Positions 30,568-40,251 of a stretch of 64,000 nucleotides of DNA are shown here, in pieces (the stretch's first letter is position 1; each line of letters starts with the position of its first letter). The notes below the pieces were generated by a model. It did not search any database. It was not told where the DNA came from and was given only the letters and a program-made list of their open reading frames with translations. Both the position numbers and the translations under genes were made by a program. The stretch is from a virus (lineage: Duplodnaviria; Caudoviricetes): the IMG/VR virus record IMGVR_UViG_3300032233_002657, positions 1-64,000 of that record; one strand, written 5' to 3'.

Positions 30568-31323
30568 TTAACACCCGCTGCCTTTAACGTATTTGTTAGG
30601 GTCAGTAGGGCACGGAACACATGTAGGTACCTTGACAGGGGGGTAGGGCGATCTACTATTAAAGGTTGGTTCAGGCCTGAGGTACATGTAATAACCAGGA
30701 ACACAGCCTGACGCAGGCGGAGGTTTAGGCAACGCAGGTATAGCTGGATTTTTGTTAGGAGTGCTTTTTCCAGGGCTTGCCTGTTGTCTTACACCTGTCG
30801 TCTTTGTCGTATTCTTTAAAAAATTACTTGGAGGAGGGACACCGCGCTTTACTTTAGGAGGGTTAGAAGCTTGTAGAAGAGCAGCCTTAAGAGCGTTATT
30901 CGCCGCTATATTTTCCATTAACCTTGTAGCAAAAAGTCCTATAAATTGATTATCCCCTAGCCTCGAAGCAGTAGCGCCGTCTAAAGCGGAATTCCTGCCA
31001 GTAAGTTGACGCATAAGATCGTTAACTGCAAATCTTGCTTCTCGCTCAATGTCCCATTCGTTTTTTGCTAAATAAAGCCTTGGCATAAGAGCGCTAATAA
31101 TTTTTCCTATATTTACTTGGCTTGACCACTCTCCTCCCCAAGCAGGCTGTAACCCGTTACCAGAACCTGCGTATGTTTGTGGGTCCGTCCCGTTTGGGCC
31201 TGTTCCTGAGTAATACGGGGCATAAGAGTGCAAGATAGCCTCTAAAATCTTACCATTAACAGGTGTACCTTTAGCCAAAGGAAAAGTTATACCTTTTATT
31301 GTAAAAGACGGTAAAGAACCCAT
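30568..31323 (-). CDS. Pro-rich protein, partial paralogue of 29683-30519
   Basis: shared KNT..Q.SPGK.TPNKNP.IP segment; CVPG, CVPCP. Confidence 0.65.
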   Translation of the reverse strand: MGSLPSFTIKGITFPLAKGTPVNGKILEAILHSYAPYYSGTGPNGTDPQTYAGSGNGLQPAWGGEWSSQVNIGKIISALMPRLYLAKNEWDIEREARFAVNDLMRQLTGRNSALDGATASRLGDNQFIGLFATRLMENIAANNALKAALLQASNPPKVKRGVPPPSNFLKNTTKTTGVRQQASPGKSTPNKNPAIPALPKPPPASGCVPGYYMYLRPEPTFNSRSPYPPVKVPTCVPCPTDPNKYVKGSGC

Positions 31324-31379
31324 AGCTTACCTCCGCTTAATAAAAGTTTAAGCAAACTAAATTATCTCATCGATTAATG

Positions 31380-32510
31380 TTAATGTCCACCAGTTTTTAT
31401 GCTGTTGGTTATGTCCTCTATCTCTCTGCGCATATCTTCAGTAGACCTAGCTCCCCATAGTCTTAGAAGATCCCCGTAACCTCTGTCAGAAGGACTGCAA
31501 AAGTCACTCAAGGACTCTTGAAAACACTCATCTATGTTTACTTTATCTAGAATTTTCTCTTCGGGCTCATCCCTGCTTTGGTCCTCGCTTTCTGATGACC
31601 CCTCTATGATAGGTGACAAGTCATAGTAAGCTTTTCCTTTAAAGGCGCTAGATACGGCAGCGCTGACGTTATCAATGGTGCTAGCGTACTTTACTCTTAT
31701 TATGGGCTTGCCTATTCCGTTAGGGTAATCATCGGACTTTATAGAGTCAGCCATCTTTACCAAAGTGTGCAAGTCTGAGTCAGACTCTACCTTGCACTGT
31801 ATCAGCCTTCTAGTGTTGTAAGGAACAGAAGTAAACCCTAGATCATCGGTTAATACCCAAGCAGCCTTATTGCATGACTCTTTTAAGTCTTGCAGACATA
31901 TACTACCAGGAGATACAAATACAGAAGAACCTATGGGTGCTTTAAAATGAGAATGATAGTCTCCGCTGACTATAGCCTTATACTTTACATGCTCGTGTAC
32001 AAGATTGTAGGAGCAGCAAAACTCCTGCCCGTTGTAAGGTAGAAGCTCACTCCATACTTGATGTGTGATTAGAACATCAGCTGGCTTAAACCTAGAGTAA
32101 GAGTCTTCTACCGACTTAGGCAGAAAGTAATCGTAGCCGTAGAAAGTTACTCCGCCTATTTCAAAATGCTTGTCGTGTACATTGTGACAGCCTTCAAAGA
32201 GACTAAACCATGTTGGAGTAGCCATTTCGTGCTGGCCTTGTACATAGTACACAGGTAGCCCGGCTTGTCTCATTCTAGCCATGTGTGTGGCTACAGCGTT
32301 AACACTGTAAGAATCCGGATTCTTTGTGTCAAACAGATCACCCGCCGCTATCAGCGGTACCTTAAGGCCTATCGCTATATCGACGATTTGACTTAGAGAG
32401 AACTCAGCGTCGCCTTTAACATCTGGTAATTTTTTCCAAGCTCCCAGGGCCATATGCCAATCAGAAGTGATAACCGCTACTGGCTTTTTACCTTTAATAA
32501 TATCTAACAT
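31380..32510 (-). CDS. sbcD: SbcD/Mre11-like metallophosphoesterase nuclease
   Basis: SDWH, AGDLFD, GQHE, THQ, GDYH, PGS. Confidence 0.85.
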   Translation of the reverse strand: MLDIIKGKKPVAVITSDWHMALGAWKKLPDVKGDAEFSLSQIVDIAIGLKVPLIAAGDLFDTKNPDSYSVNAVATHMARMRQAGLPVYYVQGQHEMATPTWFSLFEGCHNVHDKHFEIGGVTFYGYDYFLPKSVEDSYSRFKPADVLITHQVWSELLPYNGQEFCCSYNLVHEHVKYKAIVSGDYHSHFKAPIGSSVFVSPGSICLQDLKESCNKAAWVLTDDLGFTSVPYNTRRLIQCKVESDSDLHTLVKMADSIKSDDYPNGIGKPIIRVKYASTIDNVSAAVSSAFKGKAYYDLSPIIEGSSESEDQSRDEPEEKILDKVNIDECFQESLSDFCSPSDRGYGDLLRLWGARSTEDMRREIEDITNSIKTGGH

Positions 32511-32592
32511 TTAGCCTCCAAAAAAGTTGGACTATGGGCGCTGTGCCCCTATAATAATTTGAGTAGACCACACCTATCTATAAGGAGAAACT

Positions 32593-32751
32593 GTGCTAAT
32601 CATAACAAGAAAACTAAATCAAACTATAAAGATTACAGATGACATAGTTATAAAGGTTGTACGTATAACTGGCAACCAAGTAAAGCTAGGTATAGAAGCT
32701 CCTGATCACATACGTGTTCATAGAGAAGAGTCTAAAAAAGCTATAGCCTAA
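32593..32751 (+). CDS. csrA: CsrA/RsmA translational regulator (52 aa, below ORF-track cutoff)
   Basis: AAGGAG RBS + GTG; [46 protein letters not shown]. Confidence 0.92.
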   Translation: MLIITRKLNQTIKITDDIVIKVVRITGNQVKLGIEAPDHIRVHREESKKAIA

Positions 32752-33989
32752 TGTGAATACTTGTCTATAAGCTTTAACCAGTCACGTAAGGCTAAGCCCC
32801 ACTGGTTTATATACTTAGAGCAGTTTGCGCTTATTCTTCCTATATCCGAGTACTCTGCCATAGCGTCAGCCATAACAGCGCAAGCTGTGGAGACGTCTCT
32901 ACTGCAGAACCCAGCTAATTTAGATTTAGCTATGTGCTTTAACGCTATCCAGAGTTCTTCGTTAAGAGCTATGCCTGGAGCTTCGCTTACCAAGCACTTC
33001 ATACTATCGCTAAGCTTTTGATGATTTAGATTAGGGCTTCCGTAGCACCATGAGCCAGAGGTGTACTTTAAAATTAACTGAGCCAAAAGCCCAAACCAAA
33101 TATCATCAAAGCGCTTATATGGTGAGATATCCCCCATAGGTGGGAACAACGACAAAGGAAGAAAGTCAGCCCTAAACGCCATGTTCATACCGCATATAGG
33201 GTAGGTTACATCAGGATGTGCAAGTATAGCTCCTCTAGCCAAAGGAAGCTCAGCAGATTCAAGCTCTCTGTGCCCTATGCGCTGCACAGAATCAAAGTCA
33301 GGCATTCCTTCCCATGTTCCAACACTTAGCTTAACTTGAAGCCTGGCTGCTTCAAACATGCTCTGAGTATGCGAATAGTACGGAATACCCCTAACGCGCA
33401 CACCCGGAACCGTTGAAGACCAAGATGAGAAGTTAAATAAGTTAACTATATGAGTCTTAAAGAAACTGCACCCTTCAGTTGACTTGGAAGGGCGGCAGTC
33501 GTCATCAAGCGTAAATAAGGCGTGTATCTTTGAAGTCTTAGTCTTAGAGTAAAGTGCGTGAGCTTGAAGAAACCCGTAGCTTCTTACTGCTGAATCCTTC
33601 TTACTAAAACAGGTGTAGCCCTCTGCTCTTAGAATGTCTATTGGGTAAGGAAGGTTATCGCACGTGCTCTTATCTTTGCTACCCATGTAAGTCTTATCCC
33701 AGCTGTGAATGTGCAGAGAGTAAGCCTTGTCTTCGGAGAAACTTAAAAGCTTAACGCCTTCTTCAGTGCCTTCTATGTCAGCGCTAGCTCCGTCGTACAC
33801 TACGTGCACATTCTCAGGAAACCACTCTAAAGATTCCCACTGAGTAAGAAAGTCTGGCATCTCCCCTAGCCTTATAGTAGGCACAACGAGAGAAGAGGTT
33901 ATAGAGGCTGCAAACATAGCAGTTAAGTTGCGTAAATGTACATGGTCTTTAATTAGAAAAAATGGAGCTAAATCAGAATAACTACTCAT
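32748..33989 (-). CDS. RGP (reversibly glycosylated polypeptide/UDP-arabinopyranose mutase-like) family protein
   Basis: [55 protein letters not shown]. Confidence 0.75.
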   Translation of the reverse strand: MSSYSDLAPFFLIKDHVHLRNLTAMFAASITSSLVVPTIRLGEMPDFLTQWESLEWFPENVHVVYDGASADIEGTEEGVKLLSFSEDKAYSLHIHSWDKTYMGSKDKSTCDNLPYPIDILRAEGYTCFSKKDSAVRSYGFLQAHALYSKTKTSKIHALFTLDDDCRPSKSTEGCSFFKTHIVNLFNFSSWSSTVPGVRVRGIPYYSHTQSMFEAARLQVKLSVGTWEGMPDFDSVQRIGHRELESAELPLARGAILAHPDVTYPICGMNMAFRADFLPLSLFPPMGDISPYKRFDDIWFGLLAQLILKYTSGSWCYGSPNLNHQKLSDSMKCLVSEAPGIALNEELWIALKHIAKSKLAGFCSRDVSTACAVMADAMAEYSDIGRISANCSKYINQWGLALRDWLKLIDKYSH

Positions 33990-34852
33990 ACTACTCCTAT
34001 CATAAAGTCAGGTATTATCTTTATAGAGTTATGATCTTTAGGAAAAGAAGATAAGTCAGCTTTAGGGAACCTTTTAAGCGCTTCGGTATTTTCTCCAAAA
34101 AACCATTTATCAAACGCCTCACCTTCGCTTGTTCTGTTTTGAAGTCCCCTTAGTTGCTCTAAATCTAACTTACTCCATTTTCTTTCAGCCTGTTCTCTGT
34201 GTTTTTTCTTGCAGTATTCGTAATCTACCTTGTGCAAATGTAAAAGCATAAGATCCATATCAATTGGAACAGTCTCACAGTTGTTCAAGTGATGAAACCC
34301 CAAAGTCCAATAACAATGAACGTTGGATATAAGCACTTTGCAATATAAATAATCAAATCTCCAATGTCTACGCTGCTCTAGTATAGGTTTAGTAAAATCT
34401 ATATTAGCTTCAAGGCTAGGAACGTGATCTACAGAAAATCCAAAACACCTTAAAAATTTAAGTTCGGGCTTAGAAGGATCATCCTTAGAAAGTTTACTCA
34501 TTATAAAATCAACAAGACTCTTGGCTGTAGGGCTTGGCTTTACAAAAATTAGCTCATCCGCTTCAGCAAACAACACAGCTTGATAATTCTGTAACAAGAA
34601 TTTTTGAAAAAATTCTACAGTGTTTTTTAGCCATTCGTGATTGAAACTTTCAAATCTATGTACTGGCACAACGTTAATACCTTCTTGCTTACATTTTTCT
34701 AAAACCTTAAGAGAAGATTCTGTTGTACTGTTGTGATTAAGTATGTATAAATCTTCTTTAGGTATATGAGCAGAGTAATGCTTAGCCCATATCTCCAAAA
34801 AAACATCTTCATTCTGAGCTATTGTGAAGGCGGCTAATCTTTTATTAATCAT
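33986..34852 (-). CDS. GT2-like glycosyltransferase
   Basis: FTIAQNEDVFLEIWAKHY, YILNHNST, ADELI. Confidence 0.7.
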   Translation of the reverse strand: MINKRLAAFTIAQNEDVFLEIWAKHYSAHIPKEDLYILNHNSTTESSLKVLEKCKQEGINVVPVHRFESFNHEWLKNTVEFFQKFLLQNYQAVLFAEADELIFVKPSPTAKSLVDFIMSKLSKDDPSKPELKFLRCFGFSVDHVPSLEANIDFTKPILEQRRHWRFDYLYCKVLISNVHCYWTLGFHHLNNCETVPIDMDLMLLHLHKVDYEYCKKKHREQAERKWSKLDLEQLRGLQNRTSEGEAFDKWFFGENTEALKRFPKADLSSFPKDHNSIKIIPDFMIGVV

Positions 34853-34870
34853 GGTCTAACCCGGTGAAAT

Positions 34871-35518
34871 ATGAATACATGCTACGCTGTAATAGGAACT
34901 CCAAGGTCTGGGTCAAGTGCTCTAGCGGGCGTAATGCATTCGCTAGGAATCAACATGGGCCCCAAGCTTATGAACGGCATGGAGCATAACATTAAAGGTT
35001 TCTACGAAGACACTGAATTTTTAGGTTTTCATCATTTTATGTATGGAGAAATACCAGAACTGTCAATGAATAACTTAGACGACTACACTGCAGAATGCGC
35101 TGAACCTAAATACACTAACCTTATAAGAACAAGATGCGTTCAGGAAAAGTGGGGACTAAAAGACCCTAGGCTAGTGTTTATTCTTAAAAATTTTTCCAAA
35201 CATCTAATGAACTGTAAGTTAAAGATTGTAAGTACAGCAAGGCCTATAAACTTATCGGCTAAGAGCATGGGCAAACTGCTTAAAGTAGATTACAGAAAGG
35301 CTAGCGAAATAATAGGTAGATATGAAATAGCCCGTTTAGATACTCTGCAATGGGCAAGTGAAAATAATATAGAGACGCTAGTAGTACCCTATAATGACTT
35401 AGTAGATAAAACCGAAGACATTATAAGCTCGTTAGCTAAGTTCTGCGATATAGATGATGAGCTCACAATACAACAGGCTAGGTACATGGTTGACCCAGGT
35501 CTAAGAAACAACAGATAA
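34871..35518 (+). CDS. sulfotransferase-like P-loop protein
   Basis: GTPRSGSS, N.KGFYED, WGLKDPR, YNDL. Confidence 0.75.
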   Translation: MNTCYAVIGTPRSGSSALAGVMHSLGINMGPKLMNGMEHNIKGFYEDTEFLGFHHFMYGEIPELSMNNLDDYTAECAEPKYTNLIRTRCVQEKWGLKDPRLVFILKNFSKHLMNCKLKIVSTARPINLSAKSMGKLLKVDYRKASEIIGRYEIARLDTLQWASENNIETLVVPYNDLVDKTEDIISSLAKFCDIDDELTIQQARYMVDPGLRNNR

Positions 35519-35519
35519 A

Positions 35520-35750
35520 TTAAATAGGCTCGTCACCTTCAGCGCCCGGGCCTGAATTGTATACGTTGGGCAGCCACTCTCTGCAGTTAGCTCTGCTGCA
35601 CGAAACGCATATGCGGTTGCGGCATACATCTAAAGACATAAACTCTTTTCCACACTTAAGGCAGCGCTTAATGCCGCCGTTAGAGTGTTTCTTGTCTTTC
35701 TTATCTACCTTTTTTTCTTTCTCTTCTTCTCTTCTTTTCCTTTTGGACAC
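35520..35750 (-). CDS. small Zn-ribbon protein
   Basis: RCLKCGKEF...NRICVSC. Confidence 0.6.
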   Translation of the reverse strand: MSKRKRREEEKEKKVDKKDKKHSNGGIKRCLKCGKEFMSLDVCRNRICVSCSRANCREWLPNVYNSGPGAEGDEPI

Positions 35751-36199
35751 GTCTGGCCACCTCCCTGTGGCTGAAGTTTAGGTACATCCTCATCCAGATC
35801 ATCTGCATCATCGGAAGAACAGTCAAGCCTAAGTAAGTTATTTATGAGTAGATTAGAGGATTCTTTTTCAGCCACTGCCTCTATAAAAGCTTCACTAGCT
35901 ATCTCAGAATAGATGCCATCTCTAGTTAACTTTGATTCTAAATCCTTTAAAGAATTAAACCCGTCTTTCTCGGAAGGAGTAGCGTAAGGCTCCCTGTCTG
36001 CAGTAGACCCAGCCGACTTCCACCTTTTGTCGAATATAGCTAAAACGTCAACCATTTGGTTATAACTGTAGCTTTCTCCAGGCATAGGATACTTTCGTAT
36101 CTCACGAGGAATCTCTCCAAACACAGGAGGTACAAATACAGTGTAGTGTTTAAATTTGGCTTCCTTGATCATCTTAGCCGGGTCCTTCCGTTTGCTCAT
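35705..36199 (-). CDS. hypothetical protein
   Basis: ORF track. Confidence 0.6.
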   Translation of the reverse strand: MSKRKDPAKMIKEAKFKHYTVFVPPVFGEIPREIRKYPMPGESYSYNQMVDVLAIFDKRWKSAGSTADREPYATPSEKDGFNSLKDLESKLTRDGIYSEIASEAFIEAVAEKESSNLLINNLLRLDCSSDDADDLDEDVPKLQPQGGGQTCPKGKEEKKRKKKR

Positions 36200-36216
36200 A
36201 TGTTATTCCACTAGAA

Positions 36217-37032
36217 TTACTTTATAGAGTTGGCTCCATAAAACACGCCATACTGCCTCATAGTCCTTCTGCGCCTAAAAGCTTCGTCAAACTTTATAGA
36301 CCTAAGAGGCCCATCAAAGACCATAGACACAGGGTAACAGCAAAACTTAACACCAGCAGATCCATATCTGCTAGAAGATTTTAAAGAATCTTTAGCTAAT
36401 TTTGAATTTTTATGGCAGTAAGCTATTTTTCTTAGAGTAAGTTTGTAAGCCCGGCTACCAGAATCTTGCTTGCAGGAATGTGCTACAAGCAGCTCAGCTA
36501 CGCCTAAAACCTTAGACGAGGCTAGCTTATCTCTGCTGTACTTCCATCTGGGAGAGAATAGAGCCATGCCGGCAGAAGCTACGTCTTCTATGCTTGATCC
36601 TAATGGAAGGTACACAGATACCTCTGAGTAAGAATACACATAATCTTTAATGTTTAACCTGTTAGCAGGCTTAGTCATACGAACATATGATTTACACGTT
36701 CTTCTGTTCCAACAGTAGGCACAGTAACGAGTTTTACCGCATCTATTAGTTTTTAAGTCTTTTTCTTTTTTATTTAAGTATGCGGGCAAAGTGCAAGCCG
36801 TTACTGATGCTGCTAGATAAGGGTAACCCTCTTTGAGGTTAGATCTGCTGTCTACAGCATCAAATAAAGCTTTTATTTTCTTCTCTCTAAGAGCTAAAAA
36901 TTTAAACAAAACGCTCGCACGACTCATTGAGCCATGCGAGCGTAAAGCGGCAAACATCTGAACGTAAAAGCAAGATCTATAAAATCGCCTAGACATGGTG
37001 TCCTTTCTAAGGAGCTCTGAGAAAAGCCACAT
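36217..37032 (-). CDS. basic hypothetical protein with C-x5-CxxC motif
   Basis: RCGKTRYCAYCW; start probably MSRRF. Confidence 0.6.
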   Translation of the reverse strand: MWLFSELLRKDTMSRRFYRSCFYVQMFAALRSHGSMSRASVLFKFLALREKKIKALFDAVDSRSNLKEGYPYLAASVTACTLPAYLNKKEKDLKTNRCGKTRYCAYCWNRRTCKSYVRMTKPANRLNIKDYVYSYSEVSVYLPLGSSIEDVASAGMALFSPRWKYSRDKLASSKVLGVAELLVAHSCKQDSGSRAYKLTLRKIAYCHKNSKLAKDSLKSSSRYGSAGVKFCCYPVSMVFDGPLRSIKFDEAFRRRRTMRQYGVFYGANSIK

Positions 37033-37234
37033 CCTTCGTGAACTTTAAAGCCCTGCCCTGATCTATACTCAAACCTACAAACTCGCTAGGAGAGAATGAA
37101 AGCTCGTCCGGATAGTAAGAGAAGAGTAGCTGCTCTTCTTCGCTGTCAGCCGTGATAACCATCACGTTAGGCATTGGGTCCGTAAAATTAACGGGCATAG
37201 CCGTTATACGTGCGGATACTATAACGTCAGTCAT
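37007..37234 (-). CDS. conserved small hypothetical protein
   Basis: LFSYYPDELSF...EFVGL. Confidence 0.6.
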   Translation of the reverse strand: MTDVIVSARITAMPVNFTDPMPNVMVITADSEEEQLLFSYYPDELSFSPSEFVGLSIDQGRALKFTKDVAFLRAP

Positions 37235-37260
37235 GTTAACCTCGTTGTTAAAGTGTATAA

Positions 37261-37560
37261 CTAATTAAAAGATATAACTGCGCCTAAAGAGTCAGCAACT
37301 ACAAACCACGATCCTTCAATCTTGGCGTTGTTGTCCCCAGAAGTCCAAATGTTTACGCGCCATCTGTCGTCGTAAACATTTATAGCTTCACACTTTATAG
37401 GGTGCTCTGGAAACGTTACTAGCTTAGAAAGGTTATTGAGTATAACCTTATCTACCTTTGGTTTAACCTTCTTTGGAGACGACTCCACTGGCCCGTCTTT
37501 ATCTAATCCTAAAGTAGCCATAAGTACCTCCTGGTTGTTAGACGTAATAGATTCTACCAC
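37261..37560 (-). CDS. hypothetical protein
   Basis: NVYDDRWRVNIW; internal GGAGG start likely. Confidence 0.6.
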   Translation of the reverse strand: MVESITSNNQEVLMATLGLDKDGPVESSPKKVKPKVDKVILNNLSKLVTFPEHPIKCEAINVYDDRWRVNIWTSGDNNAKIEGSWFVVADSLGAVISFN

Positions 37561-37847
37561 TTTAAATTCTCTGCAGCTATGAAGTTCTCTGCTTCATCTA
37601 CCACGCTCCAAAACTTTGTCCTAACTTCAACCGGAGTATCATCTTCAAACAAGGTCAAACACTTACTAAACATCTTACCGTCATGAGTAACGGTAAGAAC
37701 TATCTGCCTTTCTTTAAAGGAAATATCCAAGTCTTTGACCTCTATGAACATAGATTTATCAGAGATTTCTTTTTTTACAGCCTCTAATTCTGAAATACCA
37801 TCAGTGTTTAGAGTCGCCGAAATAATAGACAATAAGCTTTCATCCAT
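37554..37847 (-). CDS. hypothetical protein
   Basis: AGGAG RBS. Confidence 0.6.
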   Translation of the reverse strand: MDESLLSIISATLNTDGISELEAVKKEISDKSMFIEVKDLDISFKERQIVLTVTHDGKMFSKCLTLFEDDTPVEVRTKFWSVVDEAENFIAAENLKW

Positions 37848-37867
37848 GATTTTGTCTCCTTAGAGTT

Positions 37868-38311
37868 TTAATTCATTGAAGGTTTTGCGTGGTAACTGGC
37901 TTTATTTGAAATCTTTATTTCAGCTTTTTTAACTTCAAACAAATTACTTAGCTTATCAAAGTCAACGCTTCGCAACGTGTCAGGGTCTTCGTCAGTGTAT
38001 CCCGCTACTAAAACTTTGCCATAAACTTTAATTTCTTCTTCTGAAAACTTAGACATTAACCAAGACGCACTGCTGTTAAACTCGAGGTCGTGCTCAGTAT
38101 ACTTGGAGACGTTGTATAAGATAAAAATACCGTCTCCAATCTTTAACACGCCTACCTCTCCATTAACTAATTCTTCTAACACAGATTTTATTCGTTCTGG
38201 AGCACATACTATCTCTACTGAGTCAACCGTGTCAGAGTTAGGAGATATTCTTGCTAACTCTAATTTGTATTTAGTTTTCAAAGTTGAATCTCCTTTTAGA
38301 TGTTTGTACAC
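37868..38311 (-). CDS. DUF3846-like hypothetical protein
   Basis: LEELVNG...FNSSAS...VYGKVLVAG; similar to 63609-63935. Confidence 0.45.
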   Translation of the reverse strand: MYKHLKGDSTLKTKYKLELARISPNSDTVDSVEIVCAPERIKSVLEELVNGEVGVLKIGDGIFILYNVSKYTEHDLEFNSSASWLMSKFSEEEIKVYGKVLVAGYTDEDPDTLRSVDFDKLSNLFEVKKAEIKISNKASYHAKPSMN

Positions 38312-38325
38312 TAACCTGTACAGCT

Positions 38326-38363
38326 TGCACTTAAGTCATTATATCTAAGATATAATAGTACAG
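38326..38363 (+). repeat. 38-bp inverted repeat, left arm
   Basis: TGCACTTAAGTCATTATATCTAAGATATAATAGTACAG; exact reverse complement at 38829-38866. Confidence 0.95.
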
Positions 38364-38807
38364 TTATTCATCATTCTTATACTCGTCCATATCTTTTTTA
38401 TATTCTTCTTTTAAGCCAGCTTGATAATCAGATAAAGAAGTATCCAAGTCATACTCCTCAAATAGGTCTCCATTAGGATCACCTTCGTTGTAAGATGTAT
38501 CACTTAAATGTCTTATATCTATTTCTTTGCACTTATACCATATGCTTAAGGCTTTTGGTTTAGAAAACAAAGTATCTAAGAATAGGCCTTCAGACCAATC
38601 AAAGCTTACAAAATCAAAGTCATCTGGGTCTAACTCTTGTTTAATAAGCATGTTCTTAACCTCTTCTATTGCTGTCCTGTGATGGTCTCCTAAAAACACC
38701 TGCAGTTTAGTAGCCCTAATTCTAATAAAGCTAGGACTCCTAGAGTGCTTCATTCTGTTTTCATGACTGCGATCCTTATGATTTTTTAAAACTATGCATC
38801 TTAACAT
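38364..38807 (-). CDS. hypothetical protein enclosed by 38-bp inverted repeats
   Basis: 147-aa ORF, GAGG RBS, stop abuts left arm. Confidence 0.6.
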   Translation of the reverse strand: MLRCIVLKNHKDRSHENRMKHSRSPSFIRIRATKLQVFLGDHHRTAIEEVKNMLIKQELDPDDFDFVSFDWSEGLFLDTLFSKPKALSIWYKCKEIDIRHLSDTSYNEGDPNGDLFEEYDLDTSLSDYQAGLKEEYKKDMDEYKNDE

Positions 38808-38828
38808 TTTTGTAACCTCTTGTATTTT

Positions 38829-38866
38829 CTGTACTATTATATCTTAGATATAATGACTTAAGTGCA
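38829..38866 (-). repeat. 38-bp inverted repeat, right arm
   Basis: CTGTACTATTATATCTTAGATATAATGACTTAAGTGCA on + strand. Confidence 0.95.
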
Positions 38867-38943
38867 GTGATTTATGTATGCGATTCAGCACTTAATACAA
38901 TCTAAAACGGTCACTCGTTGACCAAATAGTACATTAAAATAAT

Positions 38944-39002
38944 CTACCTTGCCCTGCCTCGCCTTACCATGGCTTGCCTCGGCGCGTGTAGCCCTATTGC
39001 CT
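38944..39002 (-). ncRNA. solo GGY-NN pentamer unit (putative guide RNA)
   Basis: minus: GGCTA CACGC GCCGA GGCAA GCCAT GGTAA GGCGA GGCAG GGCAA GGTAG in an AT-rich intergenic region. Confidence 0.55.
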
Positions 39003-39100
39003 TTAAATTTTAGAAACTGCCAAGCTAACGAGGTTTGGGTTAGCTTGACAGTAACTTATTAATTTAAACCCATTTAAGGGCCGGCAAAAGGACTGTCTAT

Positions 39101-39895
39101 CTATTCTTTATTTTTACGTCTGTAGCTGTAGTCTCTGTCCTTGTAGCAGTTCTTTCTAAAGTAGATACCTATTTTGCGCATGGCCTCTTGAATCTTGCTA
39201 ACCATATGATCCAGAATCTCAGGGTCAGCTGCTACGTAATCTCCATTTGCGTCTTTACCGCCTATCTTCTCTGCCAGTTGAGTAGCGCTACTATCAAGGA
39301 TGTCACCTATTGTTGAATAGCCCAAAGCTTCTAAGTCTTCCATAACGCTTTTGTCAAGCCATGGAAGATTCTTTAACAGAAACATTCTTCTGTCTGTACC
39401 TCTTGCAATGCCCAACTTTATTCTTTCTTCTAGCTGCCTTGCTTTTATTACTCTCTTATCTGACTTACCTCTTCTACCTCTTTTATTAGTCTTGCCTACA
39501 TCAAGCCCGTTTTTCCTACAAAGCTCCATAGCTTTATTAAGATCTTCCTTTGACGACCCAGAATCTTTATTGAGGCGTTCTTTAATCTCTCTAATGCGCT
39601 TCAGTATGTCGTCTCTAAGAATATCAGCCCTATGAGTTTCTGCGACAGGCGCTTCTGATTTAAGCATACTAGAATTAAAGTCTTCATCAAAGTCATCAAA
39701 CAGCTGACCTTGCGAAGCTTTACGTTTATTTAAAGCTTCCTCTTTGCGTATAGCCTCCAGTGCTTCTTTAGCAGTTACTGGTTTTTGTTCTTCTTCGCCG
39801 GTGATAATTTCTAAATCAACACCGTTCTCTTTACTCATTTTTACCAGCTCTAACAAGTCTTTCATCGTTATGTTTATTTTTAATTTAGTCTTCAT
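39101..39895 (-). CDS. hypothetical protein with possible RNAP alpha-CTD-like helix-hairpin segment
   Basis: LEALGYSTIGDIL. Confidence 0.55.
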   Translation of the reverse strand: MKTKLKINITMKDLLELVKMSKENGVDLEIITGEEEQKPVTAKEALEAIRKEEALNKRKASQGQLFDDFDEDFNSSMLKSEAPVAETHRADILRDDILKRIREIKERLNKDSGSSKEDLNKAMELCRKNGLDVGKTNKRGRRGKSDKRVIKARQLEERIKLGIARGTDRRMFLLKNLPWLDKSVMEDLEALGYSTIGDILDSSATQLAEKIGGKDANGDYVAADPEILDHMVSKIQEAMRKIGIYFRKNCYKDRDYSYRRKNKE

Positions 39896-40015
39896 ATCTG
39901 ATTAACTCCTTTAAGTTAAAATTAATTAACCCTTGACTGCCCTTGACTGAACGTTATCGTTTTGTATAGTTACACCTCCGGCAACAGGGCCGGTGGACAA
40001 ATACAGGAGGTTAGT

Positions 40016-40237
40016 ATGTTTCAATTTGCATTGGCGGCGATTGTGGCTTTGAGTTCTGAATCTATCGATGGGATCTTCTCAAAGAAGTCTTCATCCTGTT
40101 CCGGAGGTTCTTGCTCTGCACCTTCTAAGCCAGTAGAAGTGGCTAAGCCTGAAACTACAGCAGCTGTAGTTAATGCTAAGTCAAATTCTTGCGGAAAGAA
40201 AAAGTCTATCAGATCTAGATTTAGATCATGTAAATAG
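40016..40237 (+). CDS. small secreted Cys-containing protein
   Basis: AGGAGG RBS; MFQFALAAIVALS hydrophobic leader; SCSGGSC. Confidence 0.6.
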   Translation: MFQFALAAIVALSSESIDGIFSKKSSSCSGGSCSAPSKPVEVAKPETTAAVVNAKSNSCGKKKSIRSRFRSCK

Positions 40238-40251
40238 TATTCTTTTAGCTC

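Noticed and set aside
36217-37032. Possible rolling-circle Rep (Cys cluster)
   Set aside because: No convincing HUH motif or catalytic Tyr context
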